In this document: in pieces, positions 1 through 12,395 of the stretch | How positions within the stretch are numbered: the first letter of the stretch is position 1 | Layout: each line of letters begins with the position of its first letter | Notes under the pieces: model-generated | What the model saw: only the letters and a program-made list of their open reading frames with translations | Told to the model about the DNA's origin: nothing | Database searches by the model: none | Translations under genes and position numbers: made by a program | Origin: Macrostomum lignano | Lineage: Eukaryota | Assembly (NCBI GenBank): GCA_002269645.1 | Contig: NIVC01003350.1 | Coordinates: 1-64,000 of the forward strand | Length of the DNA stretch: 64,000 nucleotides | Reading direction: 5' to 3'

Positions 1-1683
1 AGGCAAATGAGGAAGGTAACAAACCAAAATTACAGCCGAAGTAAACTGAGATCCGTTTCCTTTTGGGTGGGAAGTCAGTTTTATGCTGCTTTAAGCACCT
101 TCTTTCATCCGCGAATTGCTTCAGGTGATTATCCTGCCGCAAGGCGAGTTCCCCGACTCCTCGTACGCTTTTGAAGTAGATCCAGCGCAGCTCGTGGTGA
201 TCCGACTGCGTTATGACCGCGTGACCAAAATTTCGCGCTCGGAGCTGCCCTGCAAGAAGTTAGAGGCTCCAGTCACTTACCGGATGTCTAGCTGGGCCAG
301 CGCTCGTGATAAAAATTTAACAAAGTATGCCGGTTAGACCTTCATAATACTCAATATTATAATTTACATTATATAGTATTCCAGCCCGTCAATATTTTCA
401 CAGGCTGAAAATCGACGCCAGAAATCTTGTTCAATCTTCGGCCAATTGGAGTCAAAAAATTGCTATGCTCAAAGCAGCCCTCCTGGAAAACAACCAGGAT
501 GAGTAAGAGATGCATTCTTAACAAGCGCAAATCTTTAATTCTGCACTTAATTGTAAAATCTGATACAATAATTTCAGTGGAGGATTTCAGCAAAAAATGG
601 AGTTCAAAGTTTCCGGCTTCCAGGACTGCATCTACGCCTACCAGGTGCAGAAGTTCGTTGATGCCTGCAACTGCCTACCGGAGTCGTTGCCGATCCCTGA
701 GGCCTATTTCGATCGCTACTCGTACTGCTTCAACAGCAGCAATGTCGCGTACCTGGATGCGACAGAACAATGCTATGTCCGACAAATGGCCCGTTTGTTT
801 CTTTACCAAAAGGAGACCTTCAGCGTTTGCGAGTCTCAGTGCCGAATTCGAAAATATGTGTTGCGCCAGGCTACGCGCACCTGGCCCGTCATCAGTCGGG
901 TGAATGCAGTGAAGTTCCTTGCCAACCTGGCCTCCCTGACCGGTTACCGCTTCAATTTGAGCAACTCTCGAGGCATAGCCAGCATCTACCACACCTACCT
1001 CTCGGCGAAGAGCGTCGAGAATGTACCCGCGACAACATGAGCTCGTCGGAGTTGCTGAAGTTTGACTATCAGCTCCAGGCCATAAAGAACCGACTGGCCA
1101 AGCTGACTGTAAAGGCATCGTCTGCCTTTGGCGAGGACATTACCGAGGAAGAAGCTTATCCTGCTAAGAATCTCGTTGCTGACATTGGTGGTGAGTTCGT
1201 TGTTGGGTGCATTATTTGCTAAATGTAAATATAAGTTACATCTAGAGTGAGTCTTCAAGAGCCAAAAAGTCATTAAAAGAACTGGTCTGAGATATTTGTT
1301 CTGTTGATATCCACATCAGTATAATAATTGTCAATGGACTGAATGGGCTGCGTTAAGTAAAGTTAAAACATGAACTTGCTACTTGTCATTCCAAACGTTG
1401 CTCCAAATTTGTGTCAGGTGCCCTCGGCCTCTGGAGCGGCGTCTCAGTTCTGACCGTCTGCGAGCTGGTCGAACTCCTCATCTACATCGGCATGGTCGTT
1501 GGGCAGCGGATGCGCAAGCAAGACGTTGAACCCGAGACTGGCAAAATCAACAATGACAACGGCACCCAGGAAGCTCAGAATGAGATCGAAACAGTCGATA
1601 CAGGGGAATCTGAGCAAGTCGGCAACGGTGAAACACAGCATGTAGTCACGAGTTCCAAAGACTCTGCTGAGACGTGCCTATGA
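1..1683 (+). CDS. DEG/ENaC (amiloride-sensitive/ASIC-like) channel subunit, 3' portion; 5' end lies outside the window; one apparent frameshift near 1000-1040
   Basis: Phase-consistent GT-AG exons 1-15, 125-324, 404-502, 578-1190, 1418-1683. Translation shows the Cys-rich thumb (DCIYAYQVQKFVDACNCLP...CESQC) and the pre-TM2/TM2 signature EEEAYPAKNLVADIGG|ALGLWSGVSVLTVCELVEL including the GxS filter. Exon 578-1190 switches from frame 597 to frame 770 and is one base short of phase consistency. Confidence 0.88.
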
Positions 1684-2014
1684 AGTTTTCAGAGATCTGT
1701 TTTTGGGCCTTTGAAAAAAACCTATATTTATACTGTCCCCCGCGTGGCGCATAAGTAATTGAACAACTAAACTTAAATAACTAACTCATACATGAGGAAC
1801 GTTGACGAAACTTAACAGCCCTAAAGATCATATAATGTTGCGCCGGTTTTAGCTGACCGGGGCCTGTTACCTCTGCCCGCTGGGTGGGTGGGGTTGCGAT
1901 GTACGTGTGTGTGGTATGAGGTGGTGGGTTGTGGTCGCGCTGGCCCTTTTATTCGCGTGTTCTGCCTTGGCGTGCTTGGCTGAAATTTTTTTTTGTTTTC
2001 TTGTGTGCTTGCTT

Positions 2015-2245
2015 TTGCCCCTCTGCTTTTACCCCTCTGCTTTTACCCCTCTGCCTTTACCCCTCTGCCTTTACCCCTCTGCCTTTACCCCTCTGCTTTT
2101 ACCCCTCTGCTTTTACCCCTCTGCCTTTACTCCTCTGCCTTTACCCCTCTGCTTTTACCCCTTTGCTTTTACCCCTTTGCTTTTACCCCTCTGCTTTTAC
2201 CCCTCTGCTTTTACCCCTTTGCTTTTACCCCTCTGTTTTTACCCG
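2015..2245. repeat. 14-bp minisatellite (TTTTACCCCTCTGC)n
   Basis: Direct tandem copies are visible; they explain the LCFYPSAFTPL-type ORFs. Confidence 0.95.
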
Positions 2246-2499
2246 TTTGATTTCGCATAAAATACGCTGGCTCTCGCTGGGCTCGTTTCGCCCGCTTTTT
2301 CGCCGCCACCCCTGCGTCCTCTCTTTGCTCCTTTTGGCCCATTCAAATTCTTACTATGTTTTCTTTAAGGCTGTTGAGATTCGTTAACGTTCCTCATGTA
2401 TGCGATAGTTATTTAAGTTGAAAGTTGTTTCCGTTACTTACACGCCACCCTGTACATTAACTAGGGGGGTGGGGAGGGGGTTGATTGAGAAAGAAAAGG

Positions 2500-2690
2500 T
2501 GGGTCGGGTGAAGTGCGCGACTGAGGAAGGAGGCGAAATTAAAGAGCCAATCAGAAAGCAGCGAGGGAGAGAAATAAAAATATCAAGACTGAACTGGGCA
2601 GAGAAAGAGAGAAAACAGAGTAAACAGAGACAAGTGCAGATAAATTGAAGAAATGGCTGAGAAAGTTGCGACAATGCCGGTAGGCGCGAG
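2500..2690 (+). repeat. Dispersed repeat; inverted copy at about 39840-40020
   Basis: aagtgcgcgactgaggaaggaggcgaaattaaagagccaatcagaaagcagcgagggagaga and gagagaaaacagagtaaac..caagtgcagat match the reverse complement of 39840-40020 with scattered mismatches. Confidence 0.8.
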
Positions 2691-3959
2691 CCATAGACAA
2701 ATCGTTGTCACGTGCTGCGACCGCTGATTCTTTGCATTGTTTTTCTGTTTGACGATCCTACAGACAATGCATTGTTTGTAGTAATGGATTGTTCTGCATT
2801 AAAAATGTGAATAATGATCGTCAAATTGCTAAACAATGCCTGTCATATATACTCAACAACATTAAAAAGTCGCCACCTTTGAGAGTGCGCAGTAAATTCC
2901 AGCTCAGTATTGACTTTTGAGTGACGCAACTTGCGCCACGCGATGCAGAGTTGGGCTTGCTTGGGTGGAGAGGGATTGGGAAGAGCGGAGGGCGAAGCTT
3001 GGATGGATTGAAGCTTCCGCCCGGTTTTCATTGTTTTGTTTTCATTGTTTTCAGGCACGGCTCACTGGGGCAAAGGCTGGCGGCTTTTCAATATTTCTGA
3101 GTATAACTTGAATTAGGATTCATCCCGATACCGAGATAGAGGTGACAAGCAATGATTTGATTGAAACGCTTTCACAAGACCTGAAATTCGCATCGCCTGA
3201 AGTTTTTTTCATTGTAACGCTGAAACTCTGCTGTTGACGGAAGTTACGGTTTTTACTATCAATGCTCGACACAAGCAAATTTAAAATTGTGTATGAAAAT
3301 TGAATTCATGAAGCTTATAAATGTAATGTCTCTTTTTTATTAGACTCAGTCACTTTCTTTTGAATCGATGCGATATTCGCCTGATCAATATTTCAACTTT
3401 GATTTACTATATATGCCTAAAATATGGCTCTTTAATATCAAACTGTTCTGTCGCTGCTGCGCTCTCAGTGGTACTCCTAAGAACTCCTAAATTTATAACT
3501 ACGCTCTAACCGGCACGTTTACATCTGTCATGATTTATGAAAATTAACGCAGCATATATTGAGCCTTTTTTCTCAATTCTTGGATTTTAATTTTCATAAA
3601 AAATTTTCCGCTTGTATTCTAAAAAAACAACAAAAGATGTTACAATACAAGGTTATAATACAATATAATAAGTTTGTTTTAATCTTATTGCGTTAATTAA
3701 TTTAGTGTTTAATTTTTTCCAGCCGCTTTTCAAGCGTTTCAACTGCTTTTCAGCCGCTAAAAGCCGCTTAAATGAGGAGCTGGTAGCCTCCATCCAGACC
3801 AGCTGTGAGGCAGAAATCCCAAAAAGAAGGAACTGACAGTTGCATCGATCTAGCTTCTCTCGTTATGTTTGGCTTGCTATCTAATTTGATAACTTCTGCA
3901 TGAAAAATGGGAGCTGGATATTAGCTCGTAAAAAGCTAAAAGTTGCTTGAATCCCTAAT

Positions 3960-4290
3960 TGAAGAATATTCAAATCCATCAAGCCAACTGTGGATTATGA
4001 ACCATTCTGGCAGGGAGAGGGGTCTGCAGAGGTTGGGGGGGGATAACTGCAACTGTGGAATCGGGCCTGGATATTGACTGCCACAGCAGTCAATATTATT
4101 CAAGCATTCAAGAGGACTCAATGTTATTCAATTTTTTATAATGCAACAGTTGCTCAGAGGGGGCAGCTCAGCCACTGGCGGAGTCACTATAACCGTGGGG
4201 AGAGGGCATTTTAAGCTAAAGCTACCCAACAAACCTTGTTAATACTCAGCTTGAAATAGCTACTACCTTCCTTTAAAGTTGACACTGTTT
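3960..4290 (+). repeat. Old diverged direct repeat; second copy at about 6445-6830
   Basis: Shared collinear anchors: gaaga.attcaaa.cc.tcaagcc, tggattatga.ccatt, aactgcaactgt, gactgccacagc, ttgctca, actataa..gtggg. Confidence 0.6.
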
Positions 4291-6110
4291 AACCCAAATT
4301 CATTTACATGCACGCAACTGCATCGTTGATCGCCGCTGCTCGCCTTTACTCTCGCAGGAATGGCCTTACATACGAGCCGTAGCTTACTGCCCTCCAATAG
4401 CAAGTAAGCACTGGAAACCACCAATATAAAGTATGGAACTCTTGAATAAAGTTGAGGTTTTCCTCTATTTAATCGCATGTGCCTGTCATAAGTAGAATTT
4501 GAGTAGCAGAATTTTTAGACTTAGCAAGCTTCTACTAAAGTTATTTTCTTGCATTGCTACTAACAATAGCATTCTATGAGTGGCTGGAAATGTTTAAGCT
4601 AGGGTTGTGTTAATAAGATGAGATAGATTGCGAGGCGAAGACGAAAGTGCCAGGCGCACTTGCCGAACGATACAATGTATTGTAATCGAGCAACAATATC
4701 GGCCACCCCATGGCTAAAACAGCCACGGTGTACATCAAAGTTACACGCACGCATGGAGTTAAAATGACAAACGAAACCGAATGAATGAAAACAACTCCAA
4801 CTCCCACGCACGAGACACAACAGGTTGTTACTTTTGCAGTGATGCAGTTTAACCGCAGAGATGGGTTGGAAGGCCGGACCCATGGGAGAGTACAGCGCAG
4901 CCTAGCCCAGCTCGACAACAGCCGCTCATAGCAAGGCTCTGCGGCTGTTGCAGCCATAGCAACATGGGGAAAATTGTTTACTGTATTTAACTTTATCTCA
5001 CTTCTCTCTTCTAAGCCTTTCATTGTACAATGTGCATGCGTTCATTATAATATTCCCTCGGAGGAACTGCATGAGCCGTAGGATGTTCTCGGTTCGGTAA
5101 ACAGCGGCAAACAGGGAACACGACCCATAAAACGCCCCCCCCCAAAACAAATGCTGGCTAGTCTCCTACGCCCAACCAGGGACTACTAAAACAGATTAGT
5201 AGTCCCTGGGAGCAACCTGACCGGTGTAACGCCTTTTCTTTAGACGTTTTCTGGCGGTCAGATGCCGGAGTTATTAACAATCACGTGAAGCTTTCACCAG
5301 GATTATTCTTCATGGAATCGCAGATGAGAACAAGAAAGCCATTTTGCGTGGAAAACTTTATTGCAGCCATTGCAGCATGACCCCTTTGACCATATAAGTC
5401 AGAACTGAATTCAGTCACATGATACAACGATCGAAAGAGAGTTGCAAACAGTCCTTTTAAAAGAACTTTTTACGGTGTAAACCCTTTACTTCAGTTGTCT
5501 GTGATGATATTTTCTTCAAACAAATTAGTCCTAAAAAGAGCACCTAAGCTACTAAAAGTACCAATTAGAGATCGATTTATACGAGTACTTTGCTAAGGTG
5601 GTCGATCATGAGACGGCAGGAATGGTGGCTCCAGGCCGCTAGAGAGGCCCAGTTAAACGCTTCAGGTTAAACGCTTAAAAGGTTCAGGCAGAAATTTATC
5701 TAGCAAATGGCCCGGATAACTATAGAAGCAAACAAATTTTCAGTTCAACCCGCTCTGAGAGCAACACCGTAGCCTAGATACTCAAAACCTCACTCTATTA
5801 GCAGTTTTGTCTGTCGTTTCTTAAGAATTAAAAACTGCGCATTCTGAAGAAAAATAACAAATAAATGACGCCCAGGCATACTTCTATCTGCATTATAAAT
5901 TCCAAGCCAAATAAATTCCAATAAATACCTTCTTTCCATTTAACTATAACTCTTATAAATTCTGAACGCATTGGCGGCCTTTACTCAACGCCATACATTT
6001 TAAGTTACGCTATTTCTAATTCTAATTAGAAAAAACTGTCTGCATCCTAGCTCAGTCTCGCTCCTAACTGATGGACTCCGAGCGACAGACCGAGGAAGGC
6101 CTTCAGGCTG

Positions 6111-6335
6111 ATGAGAAGCAACAAGGCGAACAACAAGAAAAGTTCACCGCCCCAGAAGGTAACCAAGTGTGTGTCCGATTTCTGCGGCTACACCTCCGCT
6201 CACGGACTCGACCGGTTCTCTTCCCAGTCCGGCACCTTGGGTCGCGTCATCTGGCTCACCTTCCTGCTGGGCACCTACAGCCTGTTCGACCGGTTCATAA
6301 GCGCACCGGTGCTCACGTCCATTGCGACCTCGCTG
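6111..6335 (+). pseudogene. Orphan 5' exon of a second DEG/ENaC subunit (HG motif plus shortened TM1)
   Basis: MRSNK...VSDFCGYTSAHGLDRF...GRVIWLTFLLGTYSLFDRFISAPVLTSI contains the conserved pre-TM1 T-x-x-HG motif and the post-TM1 P-V-x-T turn. No downstream DEG/ENaC exons are recognisable. Confidence 0.7.
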
Positions 6336-7304
6336 GGAGGCAGCTGGGAGGCAGAAAAATGTATCCTACTAATTGGATAACTTCTGTGCGGACAAAAGAA
6401 CTGGGTATAAAAATTGAAACGAAAAATTGCTTTAATTAATCATTGGAAGACATTCAAACCCGTCAAGCCCGTGCAGCTAAAGGCACATGGATTATGAGCC
6501 ATTGTGACAGTTTTATGGGTCCGGAGGGAGGGTGGTGGTGAACTGCAACTGTTGGATGAGGCTTGGAAGCTGCCCTCCTCATCTCCGTCTAGTCAGACTG
6601 CCACAGCCGGCGACGCTATTTGAAGCATCGTAGGGAGCCCCACAAAGCATTGTTTTAACAGGCAGCAATTGCTCAATTATTAGAACTGTGGTGGCCCAGC
6701 GCAGACAGCGGAGACAGGCGCCACATGTGTAACTATAATTAGTGGGATTAAAAGCCATAAAGGACTATAGCTTTAATAATAAAAACTTGGACCACTCGCT
6801 GCCTTTGGGTTAAAGTTTGGGACTTCAACGATAAAGTTTGTATTGAAAATTGACGCGCATCATCCCTTTCGTGGATATTTGCGCTTCACACTACTGACTG
6901 ATTCAAGTAGTCTGCAGTTTATTTAAGCATAATAGCATTGTGGTGAGGGCGCACTTTTTTTCAAATCTCACACTCGCACATGGATTCCAAACTTGTTAGC
7001 CTACTAACAGCAGGCTACGGGCATTTTTCTTCTTTTTATGTAATTTCCTAGAATTCATACTAGTAGAATTTTTGTAGCTATATGGTTTTGGCCTACTTAA
7101 TTGTAGTCATTATAACATAGGCGCGGTTTTCGCTACTTTTGGGGTCATAAATCATTGCTTGTGAGCTGGTCTGACAGCCACCTGCGCCTTACTCAGTGTT
7201 AGGGCTCGCGCCAGATGGTCTGAGTGGATGCGGGCGGTAGCTTTTTTCTCATCATTTTTGACAGGCCATCAGATTTGTGAGATTTATGTAGCGTTCTTAC
7301 TTGC

Positions 7305-7642
7305 TATTCTTTTATCTTCTATTAAAGACAGGGGCTGCGTTCACTCTGGCGCACTTTAAGCGACGTTGTCTTACAACCGGCGAGGGGCATTACTGCCCAT
7401 TCCGCCGACTCCCCTGAGCAGGCATACAAGCGCGCAGATGCGTACGCAGCCGTATGCACAGTCACACACAGGAGTGTGCAGCGGCCCTGACTGCATGTAC
7501 ACTGCACTGTGCATTGGGGGGGGGGGGGGTTGGCCCTCAAGGGCATTAATTTCACAGCCCCAAATTAATTTGAATGCACTTCGAATCGAGCCTGGGCTGC
7601 TGGCACATCAGAGCGCCGCGCTAGACTACTGGGCTACGGTCC
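7305..7642 (-). mobile_element. tRNA-derived SINE, family A copy 1
   Basis: The minus strand starts GGACCGTAGCCCAGTAGTCTAGCG (A-box) ... GGCTCGATTCG (B-box-like). The body matches the copy at 27861-28223 and ends in an A-rich tail. Confidence 0.85.
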
Positions 7643-9264
7643 TTTTGCAGCACCGTCGATATACATGTACTTTCGTATCTTGAGTACATAGGATTTTTAC
7701 CAACATTATCTAGAAACGTCTTCCTGCTGAAATAACAGCTTGGCAGTAACCTGAGAGTGAGCCTCACGAACTGCAGCCTTGGTAGACAAAATGGTGCAAT
7801 GAGCAGTGCATTCCGAGTGTGCTGCATCCCCAGTTACGAGTAGTTAGTGCCACCGTTTTCGTGACAAATATGAGTACAATGCAGCTGAATTTGAGCTGCA
7901 TTCTGAGTCGTGTTACCATTCTAAACTAAGAGCGTTCTCCTGACCAAGACCTTTTTTGGTCAGTCGATTTCGGATTTCATGGTAAAATATAATTCAACCA
8001 AAAAAGTGGCACACTTTGCTGAGGTAAGCCAGGGCAGATGGTGTTTCTATTATATTTTCTTCTAATGATTGTTTTATTAACAGCAGATTGCCTTAAACTA
8101 CTAAGAACACAAACATAAAAAGATGGCAACTTCGAGAGGACAAACAAAATAACAACATGGCATGGCAAATGAGCTGCTTTACCATTAGCGAACCTGATCG
8201 ATTCGAGAGATTTCAGCGTGAAGCAGACTCTCAGCTTTTTGCTCAGTCAGCGTTTTGTGACTACTGCAACCGTGAGCAGTGGATTTGCCTGATAATTTTG
8301 GGATTTGCCTTTGTTCCGGTCCTTTCGGTTCTGGGGGATGGTCTCAATTGATACTATTATAATTTTGTTGCAGGGTCAATTGGGTTTTAGGGAATAAATA
8401 TTGCTCGGGACTTGGGAGTTTCTTAGAAGAGGGGAGTTACTCCGGGTAGTGTCCGAGTGTAAGTGTCCGAGCGGCAAGACACTGTCTAAATTTATGCAGC
8501 TAACTTCAGTCCGGGGGAAGGAGGAAGAAGGGCTACACGGTGGATCAAAGTTGCCTGGGAAACGGTGGCGCACTAATGGGGAATTCTAATAGCTAATAGG
8601 GAATGCTACGAGTAGCATAGAGGGTAGGACGTCTAATAGGGAATTGGGTAAAGAGGCAGGGCGCTTAATAACAAAAAAGGGGGGTTCAGGGATAGGCAAA
8701 GCTTGATAAGCCAGTTGTGCGTCTGGAGAAAGGGGCTGGCAGGAAGTCTCAAGGTTGGGCTGTACGTCCTGGGAAAGGAAGGAAGCGCGTTTCTAACGAA
8801 TGGAATGTTCGCGGGAAATAGGCGCCTTATTGAACAACGTGTTCTTGGGATAGAAAAGGAAGACCGAACACTGATTCAAGTCTATTTTTAGAACAAAACG
8901 TTCATCAAGGCCTCAATGCTACAGGCACCAGTCAGAAAGGCTGAATAAGCGGGCGAAGAAGTTCGAGAGCGAGTTGTCTCTTCAAGGTATATTTTCGCTA
9001 GTCATTAAAAGATGGCGGACGATTTTCAGCAAAACTTTTAAGTGAGATTTTATTAGAAAAAGAGTAATCTGAGTTTTTTATGAGTAATCTATGCGGTTTT
9101 TATTTGACATTATTAAATAAGCGTCTATTACTAAAAAGGAAGGCAAAAGTATTGATTGGCAATAATGAGCACTACTAAAAATAGCTATATCACCTTCAAC
9201 ATGCACGTTTGATTATCAATAGAAGGCAACGAATATGGCGAATATGGCGATATGAGCTGCTTAT

Positions 9265-11850
9265 TGTAGTGAGTAGTGTAGTGAGTTGCAAGTGTACTTG
9301 TATGCCCTAGTCGCTAGAGCGGGGTTGGGGGTTGCTATTGTACAGCATGTACGTGCTTTCCACTCACCCTCTGTCTCTATCTTTTATACCCAGTTATGTA
9401 ACAATCGTTGTATCGTATTTAACCTGCGTATCGATCTGATAAATGCCAAGAGGCTTCGTCAAATCTCAGTCGCATCTCTCTGCCTTAGTCTACAACTGGT
9501 AGCAGAGCAAATTATTCTAGAATGGCTGAGAAAGGTTTGACCGACAGTGCAGCGCTGCCCAGAGTTTTCAGTACCGGCAACTTTAAGAAATGGCTGCGCG
9601 TTTCAATGTGTGCGCAAAAGTCAACAAGTGGGACACATGCAAAGCGGAGCGACTGGCCACATTTCTGGACGGCGAGGCTCTCGTCGTATATTTGGAGCTG
9701 TCGGCAGGAGATCAGGCAGACTACCACAAAGTAGTCCAGGCATTGGATAATGCATTCCATCCGAACCGCGAGCACTTCGCCGTCAAGGAGGCGTTCAAAG
9801 CAAGGAAAAATTTGTCGACTGACACTCCACGCATGTATCCATACGAGTTAAAGAAGATGCTCAAAAGCTCCTCCGTGGACAACAAAGATGCTCAAGAGGC
9901 TCTGCTGTTTCATCAAAGTTTTAAACGGCTGCGATTCACGTTCCTCGATGACAGCCTGTGCTTCTCAAAGACCAAGTCGGATCATCTCCGGCAACATCTC
10001 CGGCCTTAGGCTCCAAGTGCAAGATCGCGGTACCCGAAGTGACCTTTCTCGGCACACGATATACAAAGGATGGTGCCCAGCCCAGCCAAGAGAAGCTGGA
10101 GGCAATTCAGCAGTGGAAAGAGCTGAGGTCAGCCAAGGAGGTGCGTCAGTTCATCGGCCTGTGTAACCAATATCCAACTATCCAACGTAGCCAACTTTGC
10201 TGCCATCGCCGCACCGCTGCAGCCTTCGACAAGCTCAAAAGGTGCCTAATTAGTCCTCCGATAAGTCCTTCTAAGGAAATCTGCATTTGGACACGGCGGG
10301 ATCCCCTGATGTCGCACGTCGTTCGCTTCTGCCTTACTGGTTGGCTGGAGACCGTGCCACCGGAGCTGTTGCAATACAGTCGTCGATCCAAGAAACTCTC
10401 TGTGCAAGATGGCTGCTTGTTCTAGAATAGCCGCATCATTATTCCACCCGCAGGTCGCGTTCAGTTGCTTCAGTGTCTCCACCAGAGTCATCCGGGTTCT
10501 TCTCGTATGAAGTCGCTGGCCTGAAGCTATGTTTGGTGGCCAGGCATTGATCAGGAAATCGAGTTGATGGTGGCGTCTTGTTCTGAATGTCAGCAAAATC
10601 AACGGGAAGCATCTCCGGTACCGCTGCAGCCCTGGCCTCTGCCTACGCAACCGTGGACGCGGATTCATGTCGACTATGCAGGCCCTGTTCGTGGCAAGAT
10701 GCTGCTAGTCGTCGTGGACTCGAAGTGGCTTGACGTCCACGTGACATCGTCGGCGACAGCGGCGACAACAGCAGAGAAGCTGCGTCAGAGCTTCTGTACG
10801 CACGGCCTGCCATAATTCGTGGTGACAGACAATAGGCCCTGCTTTGTGAGCGGTGAATTCGGCGAATTCTATCGCGAAAACGGCATTCGACATGTGTTTA
10901 CCCCGCCGTACCACCCTGCGTCCAACGGTTGGCTGAGAGGGCCGTGCAAAGTTTGAAGCGCTCGCTGGAAAAGCAGACTGGTGGCACGCTCGAAACGCAG
11001 GTCGCCCGCTTCCTGATGAGCTACCGGATCACTCCACACTCAACGACGGGAGCGGCGCCTTGAGAGCTTCTGATGGGGCGAACCCTGCAGTCATTACTGG
11101 ATCACCCGCGTCCCAGCATCTCCCGGCGGCTCCTAGAGCGTCAGGAAAGCCAGAAGCTTCATCACGATGTGACGGCAAAGCCTCTGTTCTTTGAAGAGGG
11201 AGAAGCGGTGTACGCTGGGAACTTCGGACAAGCGGCCAATTGGTCTCCCGCGGTCGTCACCCGGAAGGAGAGCCAACTATGGTACGAGTGCAGCCTGCTG
11301 GACAGCCGAGATATCCGGCGACACGCGGATCACCTGCGAGGACGTCCAGCCGATCCAATGTCGGACACAGAGCCGGTGCCAACGGAGTCACCGGAGGTCG
11401 CTACGGCAACGCCACAAGAACTGCCCGTGCCGAAGGCTGGTTCGGCGCCGACGGCCCAGTCCGAACCGCCGTTGAAGCCTGCGGCGAAATCCGAGCTCCG
11501 ACGGTCTGGACGCACCCGGGCACCTCCCGACCGGCTGATGACTAAAGGCTGAGGCTGAGACGAAGACTGAACTGTAACTGAGTTGGGTTCCGCTCTTGGT
11601 TGGGAGAGGTGTGGTGGCGTGTGGCGGGTGTCGTGTGTTTGGGGTGTTGGGGCTGGGTTGGTTTGTGTTTTTGGGTTGCGCTGCTCTGGCTATTTTACCT
11701 CCTCTCTGTACTTCTGTTTGTGCGTACACCGTCGCGTACTCATTCACACTCACACACTCGCATAAGTCGCTGCAGTTGGAGTTTTCATGCAAGGGTTTTT
11801 CGGCTAGTGCCATCGTAAGTCAAGTTGTTTCAGCAACTCCACACACAATT
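9265..11850 (+). mobile_element. Degenerate, internally deleted Ty3/Gypsy LTR retrotransposon
   Basis: Candidate LTR TGTAG..CTACA (9265-9494) is followed by PBS TGGTAGCAGAGC (9497-9508). A gag-like ORF from 9590 is fused to the RT C-half (FLDD..SKTKSDHL; KCKIAVPEVTFLG). The integrase H2C2 finger (HQSHPG..WWPG..CSEC) and core (HVDYAGP, TDNRP, TPPYHPASNG) carry stops and frameshifts. Confidence 0.88.
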
Positions 11851-12395
11851 ATAATAGCGAGTAAGTAATGTAAATTTTCACTATTTTAATACTTTAGAAT
11901 GTTCATTGCGAAAGAACGCAAACGCTCATAGCAGCTATTAAACAAATTCGCATAGCTCGTTTAACTACCGACTAATCATTCTCGCCAAAAGATCCCGCAA
12001 ACAATGCACCACAATGAATCCGATACACCCTAGCTCCCGTGGTGAAAAATTCGACCCAGAATCGACCCAGAATGTTCTGTGTCGATTCGGTGTCGAATTT
12101 GCACTCAGAAATTTTGGAAATTCGATCATCGAAATTTCGACGAATATTTGACCACTGCTTTCACAAAGACTAAGGTTTCAGACAAAGTGTTAAAAGATTG
12201 TATGTTATAAAAGATATTTATTGTGACGAAAAAACGAATCTATGAAGCACTATACTCGAGATGAGAATGATCTAATATATTCCTTATACACGCTCCTATT
12301 AAACTACGCTAATTAAATGACTAATATTTTCGCAAAAATTTAATAGTCCGCGATCAAATAAAAGACAGACAGAAGTCACGCGTTAAGTGCAACTC

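Noticed and set aside
4610-5023. Hydrophobic 137-aa minus-strand ORF
   Set aside because: There is no recognisable motif or splice context; it may be chance.
8376-8900. Short ORFs upstream of the Gypsy element
   Set aside because: They are probably decayed repeat sequence with no identifiable domain.
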